From: Gammaproteobacteria bacterium
Lineage (GTDB): Bacteria; Pseudomonadota; Gammaproteobacteria; Pseudomonadales; UBA5518
Length of the DNA: 64,000 bases
NCBI GenBank assembly: GCA_016705365.1
Contig: JADIYI010000008.1
Location: 767,700 to 831,699 of the forward strand
Reading direction: 5' to 3'
Program-made: the position numbers and the translations under genes
The notes under the pieces: generated by a model
What the model saw: the letters and a program-made list of their open reading frames with translations, nothing else
Databases searched by the model: none
What the model was told of the DNA's origin: nothing
Shown: piece by piece, positions 59,982-64,000 of the stretch
Position numbering within the stretch: the stretch's first letter is position 1
How the letters are laid out: each line of letters opens with the position of its first letter

Positions 59982-60844
59982 CGCAGGAAATGATCGGGTG
60001 CATAGCCGATCACATAATCGGCACCGCAGCGACGAAATCCGGAATGGATTTCATCGAAGCAATCGTTTTCATCGACCATCCCGGCTTTGGCGGCCTGTTT
60101 GATCATCATGTACTCGCCACTCACGTGGTAAACAGACAGCGGCAGCGTGGTCATCTGCCGCGCCCTGAACACGATGTCGAGATAGATCATCGCAGGCTTC
60201 ACCATGACGATCGATGCACCCTGTGATTCATCAGCCGCAATCTGGTTCAGGGCTTCGGAAGGATCGGAATAGTCCGACTGGTACGCTTTGCGCTGGGCTT
60301 TCAGGGGGGACTGGATGGTACTGCGGTAAGGGCCATACAGCGCGGAAGAAAACTTCGAGCTGTACGCATGGATCCTGGTCCCGGTGTGACCGGCGCCATC
60401 CAGGGCGGATCTCAGTACGCGCACCTGCTCGTGCAACGAGAGGCAGGGCGCCACATAATCCGCGCCGGCCGCTGCAAAAGCCAAGGCGAGCTTCGCGGCG
60501 TGTGCATAGCTTTTCTCATAATTGACTTCGCCATTCTCGATGATGGTGCTGTGCCCGTCGCTGGCGTAGGGCGAGAGCCCGACGTCGGCATGAAGCGTCA
60601 GATCCTGGCGGAAGTTCTTCTTTGCCGTCTCGATGAAATTCCGGATCAAACCGCGCTCGCAGGCGAAATCGATTGATTTGTTATCGGTTGATCCAAAAAC
60701 AAGGAAGTTGCTTATGCCTTTATCGAGGTGCGTTGCCAGGTACTCGATCCCCGACTCGAGGCAATGATAATTGACGGCTGCCAAAGGCGACGGCTGCTTG
60801 TCGGCAATGCCTTCCTTGAGAAACACACAAGCAATGTAATCCAT
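59969..60844 (-). CDS. Divergent porphobilinogen synthase (HemB / delta-aminolevulinate dehydratase) family paralogue, N-terminally short
   Basis: ALAD blocks are retained: ADYVAP, AYSSKFSSALYGPYR (Lys), YQ.D, IVMVKPAMIYLDIV (Schiff-base Lys), YHVSGEYMM, R.GAD.VI.Y. The cysteine-rich Zn site and the SDMMDGR block are not conserved (ADVGLSPYASDGHS; APCLSLHEQV). The ATG at 60844 is preferred over the TTG at 60880. Confidence 0.85.
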   Translation of the reverse strand: MDYIACVFLKEGIADKQPSPLAAVNYHCLESGIEYLATHLDKGISNFLVFGSTDNKSIDFACERGLIRNFIETAKKNFRQDLTLHADVGLSPYASDGHSTIIENGEVNYEKSYAHAAKLALAFAAAGADYVAPCLSLHEQVRVLRSALDGAGHTGTRIHAYSSKFSSALYGPYRSTIQSPLKAQRKAYQSDYSDPSEALNQIAADESQGASIVMVKPAMIYLDIVFRARQMTTLPLSVYHVSGEYMMIKQAAKAGMVDENDCFDEIHSGFRRCGADYVIGYAPDHFLRWNS

Positions 60845-60884
60845 CAAGCACTGACCTCGGGTGAATTGGCGCAGCCCCAAGCAT

Positions 60885-60901
60885 AGTCAACAATTTTGAC
60901 T
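60885..60901. promoter_or_regulatory. Perfect palindrome AGTCAA-CAATT-TTGACT upstream of the HemB-like/A-T operon
   Basis: Read directly from the sequence. It lies 41 nt upstream of the ATG at 60844, in the 246-nt divergent region shared with the TetR stub. Each half also reads as a -35-like TTGACT. Confidence 0.4.
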
Positions 60902-61090
60902 GCGTGAGTTCGCAAGCGCCCGGGCAGCAGCCTTGTTTTGGCCGGACCGCATTCGCAAAAACCGAGCTTTAGCGGAGTTCTCCGTGGGCGTTGGCGTCAC
61001 ATTGAGCTATCCCAATGACTTTATTCCCGTTTCCTGAGCGCGGCGATCCGCCTCGAAATGCGCGAAACCGGGTAGTCAAGCCACCTGCGG

Positions 61091-61282
61091 ATGGGTTCAA
61101 ATGAGTCCATGAGCAACCAGTCTCCCGCTCGACGCCGCAGGGCGGTCCAGTCCCGTGCCGAGGCCACGCGCAGGGCAATTCGAGAGGCGAGCCTGCGTAT
61201 CCTGCGCGACGAAGGCCCGAGGCGGCTGACGAGCAACCGCATCGTCGAGGTCGCCGGCGCGCGCTGGTCCTCGGTTAGCTGA
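61091..61282 (+). pseudogene. TetR-family regulator remnant (HTH region only, 63 codons)
   Basis: RRAIREASLRILRDEGPRRLTSNRIVEVAGA matches the TetR N-terminal HTH, but the frame stops right after helix 3. No ligand-binding domain is found in any frame before the next gene, which starts at 61323. Confidence 0.6.
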
Positions 61283-61322
61283 AATCCCCGCATCCCCGGG
61301 CACACGTCGAGGTCGCTGCCGC

Positions 61323-62486
61323 ATGATTTTCTATTTCGACTTCCTCATCTGGTTCAAGCTCATCCGCCTGGCGTCCAGGGAGTCCAACGTGCGCCAGCGC
61401 CGCGGGCTCATGAAGCTGCTGCTGCTGATCGTGCCGCTGCGCGCGCTGACGCACACGGTTTTCTTCTTTCTCGATGGCATTCTCTTCCCCGGCCTTTGGC
61501 GGGTGAAGGTGCGCGCGCCCGTGTTCGTGATCGGCCACGCGCGCAGCGGTACCACGCTGGCTCATCGCCTGCTGAGCGGCGATGAGCGCTTCTCGGTATT
61601 CAAGTATTACGAGCTGCTGCTGCCCGCGCTGACCGAGAAGAAGCTGGTGCACGCCGTTGCCTGGCTGGACAGGACACTGCTGGGCCGCCGGATCGAGCAG
61701 CGCCTGCAGGCGTGGGAGAAGCGCAAATTCGGCCCCACCCAGCACATCCACAAGATGGGCCTGAGTATTCCCGAAGAAGACGATCTGATCCTGCAGGCTT
61801 CCTGTGCCTCGGGCTTCTGGATGACCCAGTTACCTTATATGGGTGAGCTCGATTTCTTCCACATCGACCAGCGCCCGGCGCGGAGCCGCCAGCGGCTGAT
61901 GCGCTTCTACCGCAACTGCGTCCGCCGTCAGCTGTACCTGAACGGCAGCGAGCGCATCCATCTCAGCAAGAACCCGGCCTGGTGCGGACGCGTGCAGACA
62001 TTGATCGAAGTCTTCCCCGACGCGCGATTCGTGGTGCTGTATCGCAATCCCCACGAGACCATCCCCAGCCTGCTGAAGCTGCTGCACACGGGCTGGAAAC
62101 GCCGCGGCAGCATGGAGGAGTCGCGGATCCGTGAATCGACGCGCGTGATGACGGATCTCGCCTACGAACACTACCTGTTGCCGCAACAGGTCCTGGCGCG
62201 ACATCCCGCAACGCGCGTTGCCGAGATCGACTATCGCGAACTGACCGCACAGCCGCGCGCGACGATCGAGAAAGCCTATGCGGCGCTCGGTATCGATATG
62301 ACGCCCCGGATGAGTGCGTATCTGGCGGCCGAGGATGCGCGTGCCCGCAAGCACGAGACCAGCCATCAATACAGCCTCGCGGAGTTCGGCCTCGAGGACC
62401 AGGAAATCCGGCGCCGGCTGGCGCCGCTGTTCGAACGCTTCGGCTGGGACGCAGACACCGCAGCGTCCGACGCCGACCCCCGATAA
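61323..62486 (+). CDS. Sulfotransferase family protein
   Basis: 5'-PSB loop VIGHARSGTTLAHRLL, a later SKNP...RFVVLYRNP (3'-PB-like) region, and a hydrophobic N-terminal segment. Confidence 0.8.
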   Translation: MIFYFDFLIWFKLIRLASRESNVRQRRGLMKLLLLIVPLRALTHTVFFFLDGILFPGLWRVKVRAPVFVIGHARSGTTLAHRLLSGDERFSVFKYYELLLPALTEKKLVHAVAWLDRTLLGRRIEQRLQAWEKRKFGPTQHIHKMGLSIPEEDDLILQASCASGFWMTQLPYMGELDFFHIDQRPARSRQRLMRFYRNCVRRQLYLNGSERIHLSKNPAWCGRVQTLIEVFPDARFVVLYRNPHETIPSLLKLLHTGWKRRGSMEESRIRESTRVMTDLAYEHYLLPQQVLARHPATRVAEIDYRELTAQPRATIEKAYAALGIDMTPRMSAYLAAEDARARKHETSHQYSLAEFGLEDQEIRRRLAPLFERFGWDADTAASDADPR

Positions 62487-62514
62487 CACCTTGCCCATCA
62501 CCAGGAGAACGAAC

Positions 62515-63927
62515 ATGCCGCAACGCAAACTCCCCCCCGCCGATCCCGCAACACAGGCCGCCGCGAGCGAACTGCGCCGCGCCTGGGACGAGATGCTCGT
62601 GATGGTGGGCGAAGCCCGCAACGCGATCGACGACCCGACGCTGTGGCCACCGGATCCGAGTCGGCGCAACCTCGCGGAAGGCTACCGCTATGTGACCGGC
62701 TTCCTGTACGGCTCGATCGCGCGCAGCTTCGGGCCGACAGCGGAGTTCCCGTATTTCGTCCGCATGATCCAGCCGCTCAACCGTTCGACGATCGACAACA
62801 GCGATGCGATCTACCTGTACGCCCCGATCGACGGCAACTACAGTTACACGATCAAGGGCCGCACCGCCGACACGCGCCACTGGCGCGGCGAACCAGCCAT
62901 CACGAACGGGCGCAAGGCGCCGCACTACGTGTTCCTCCAGACCGCAAGCGGTCATTCGGGCGACAGCGGCGAACTCGACGAGATGAAGCCTGGCTCGCGC
63001 GCCAATTGTGCGGTACTGGATTCCAGCCAATTGCAAGTGAGTGCCGACGGCAGCTTCGAGATTCTGCTCGCTCCGGAATGTCCTGCCGGTTACAGCGGGA
63101 ATTTCATGAGCACCCGCAAGACGAAAATACGGCGCAACGCCGAGGGCGTGGAAGTCACGCGCGAATACGTGGCCGAGATGGTCGGGCTGCGCGAACTGTT
63201 TGGCGACTGGGAGCACGAGGAAGCGATGGATTTGTTCATCTACCGCAATGACCTTCTCGGTCAGCCGATGCCCGTGTACACGCCCGAGGAAGCCGCGCGC
63301 CAACTGCGCCAGGCCGGGCGCTTCACCCGCAACCAGGTGCACTTCTGGAACAAGTTCTACGGGATCACGCTGGAGGCCTATGGCGACGTCAACGGCGACG
63401 GCGAGTGCTTCATGCCGCGCAATGCGCTGAACAAGCCCAATGCCGCGTCACTCGCGACGGGCGGCGGCATGGGCACCAATATCTACGGTGGCGGCATCTT
63501 CGAGCTGACTGAAGATGAGACGATGATCATCGAGCTGCACCAGCCGATCGAGCCGGACTATATCGGCTTCTGTCTCGGCAATATGTGGGGCGAATCGCTC
63601 GATTTCAGCAACTACCAGAGCAGCCTGAACGGCGTGCAGGCACACCGGGATGCCGATAACGTGATCCGCTACGTGATCGCTCACCGTGACCCCGGCGTGC
63701 ACAACTGGGTCGACACCACCGGGCAACCGGAAGGCTATATCGGCGTACGCTGGGCCTATTCGAAAATGCCCACCGAGAACCTGCCGTGGAGCGTGGTCAA
63801 GAAAGTGCCGTTCAATGAGGTGATGCAACACCTGCCGGCCGACACCCGTATGGTCACGCCGCAAGAGCGCCGGCACGCGATCGCGATCCGTCAGGAACAC
63901 GTGCAGCGTCGCTATCGTCATCATTGA
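62515..63927 (+). CDS. Conserved hypothetical protein (possibly DUF1214-related; unassigned)
   Basis: A 470-aa ORF with an AGGAGA RBS 6 nt upstream of the ATG at 62515, and coding-like composition. I recognise no diagnostic motif. The upstream 67 codons of the ORF-track call overlap the sulfotransferase gene and were dropped. Confidence 0.65.
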   Translation: MPQRKLPPADPATQAAASELRRAWDEMLVMVGEARNAIDDPTLWPPDPSRRNLAEGYRYVTGFLYGSIARSFGPTAEFPYFVRMIQPLNRSTIDNSDAIYLYAPIDGNYSYTIKGRTADTRHWRGEPAITNGRKAPHYVFLQTASGHSGDSGELDEMKPGSRANCAVLDSSQLQVSADGSFEILLAPECPAGYSGNFMSTRKTKIRRNAEGVEVTREYVAEMVGLRELFGDWEHEEAMDLFIYRNDLLGQPMPVYTPEEAARQLRQAGRFTRNQVHFWNKFYGITLEAYGDVNGDGECFMPRNALNKPNAASLATGGGMGTNIYGGGIFELTEDETMIIELHQPIEPDYIGFCLGNMWGESLDFSNYQSSLNGVQAHRDADNVIRYVIAHRDPGVHNWVDTTGQPEGYIGVRWAYSKMPTENLPWSVVKKVPFNEVMQHLPADTRMVTPQERRHAIAIRQEHVQRRYRHH

Positions 63928-64000
63928 TTTTTATTTGCTGGGCCTCCCGGCCGCTTTCCGGCAATTTGTGTCACTCACTGGCTTGGGATCGAGGCCGGAT

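Overview
This is a 64-kb chromosomal segment of a high-GC proteobacterium, probably an environmental or marine gammaproteobacterium, though the taxon is not certain. I can support about 57 protein-coding genes, which are tightly packed. Many of the long ORFs in the six-frame track are high-GC antisense or upstream shadows, and I trimmed or rejected them. I found no rRNA, tRNA, CRISPR array, transposase, integrase or phage genes.

Content from left to right:
- A WS/DGAT gene overlapping a lipoprotein alkaline phosphatase, then an aldo/keto reductase and a DUF1800/DUF1501 pair.
- A PLP enzyme plus an EgtC-like amidotransferase, an esterase, gfa, a NUDIX hydrolase, bfr-bfd and ggt.
- A PEP-CTERM protein and MscS.
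- A VPEID-CTERM sorting system: an exosortase E/CPBP-protease fusion divergent from a tiny Lys/Phe/Asp-rich cargo protein.
- A Sel1-repeat protein.
- A TetR-controlled cluster of AtuA-like protein, acyl-CoA carboxylase and a DinB-like protein.
- A complete alternative N-type F1Fo ATPase operon (beta-epsilon-AtpQ-a-c-b-alpha-gamma).
- NnrS, DUF2164, a PhyH dioxygenase, a RIO1-like kinase, DUF3297, a CoA-transferase and an amidohydrolase.
- An acidic Ala/Asp-repeat lipoprotein and a fatty-acid hydroxylase.
- A methanethiol-oxidase cluster (mtoX-SCO with a divergent MauG-like gene), then a GGDEF protein.
- An SDR, an acyl-CoA ligase and an RND pump.
- At 53.7-63.9 kb, the most unusual locus.

The unusual locus is an orphan NRPS-like cluster with four main components:
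- a starter-C/A/T module fused to a polytopic acyltransferase-3-like membrane domain
- a stand-alone A-T protein
- a translationally coupled, N-terminally shortened, metal-site-divergent porphobilinogen-synthase (HemB/ALAD) paralogue
- a sulfotransferase, with a TetR stub beside a palindrome

The cluster has no thioesterase or reductase release domain. I propose it as the candidate undescribed system: a Dlt-like, carrier-protein-dependent acylation of an envelope target, or synthesis of a lipo-amino-acid. All functional assignments come from motif recognition by eye and need HMM or BLAST confirmation.
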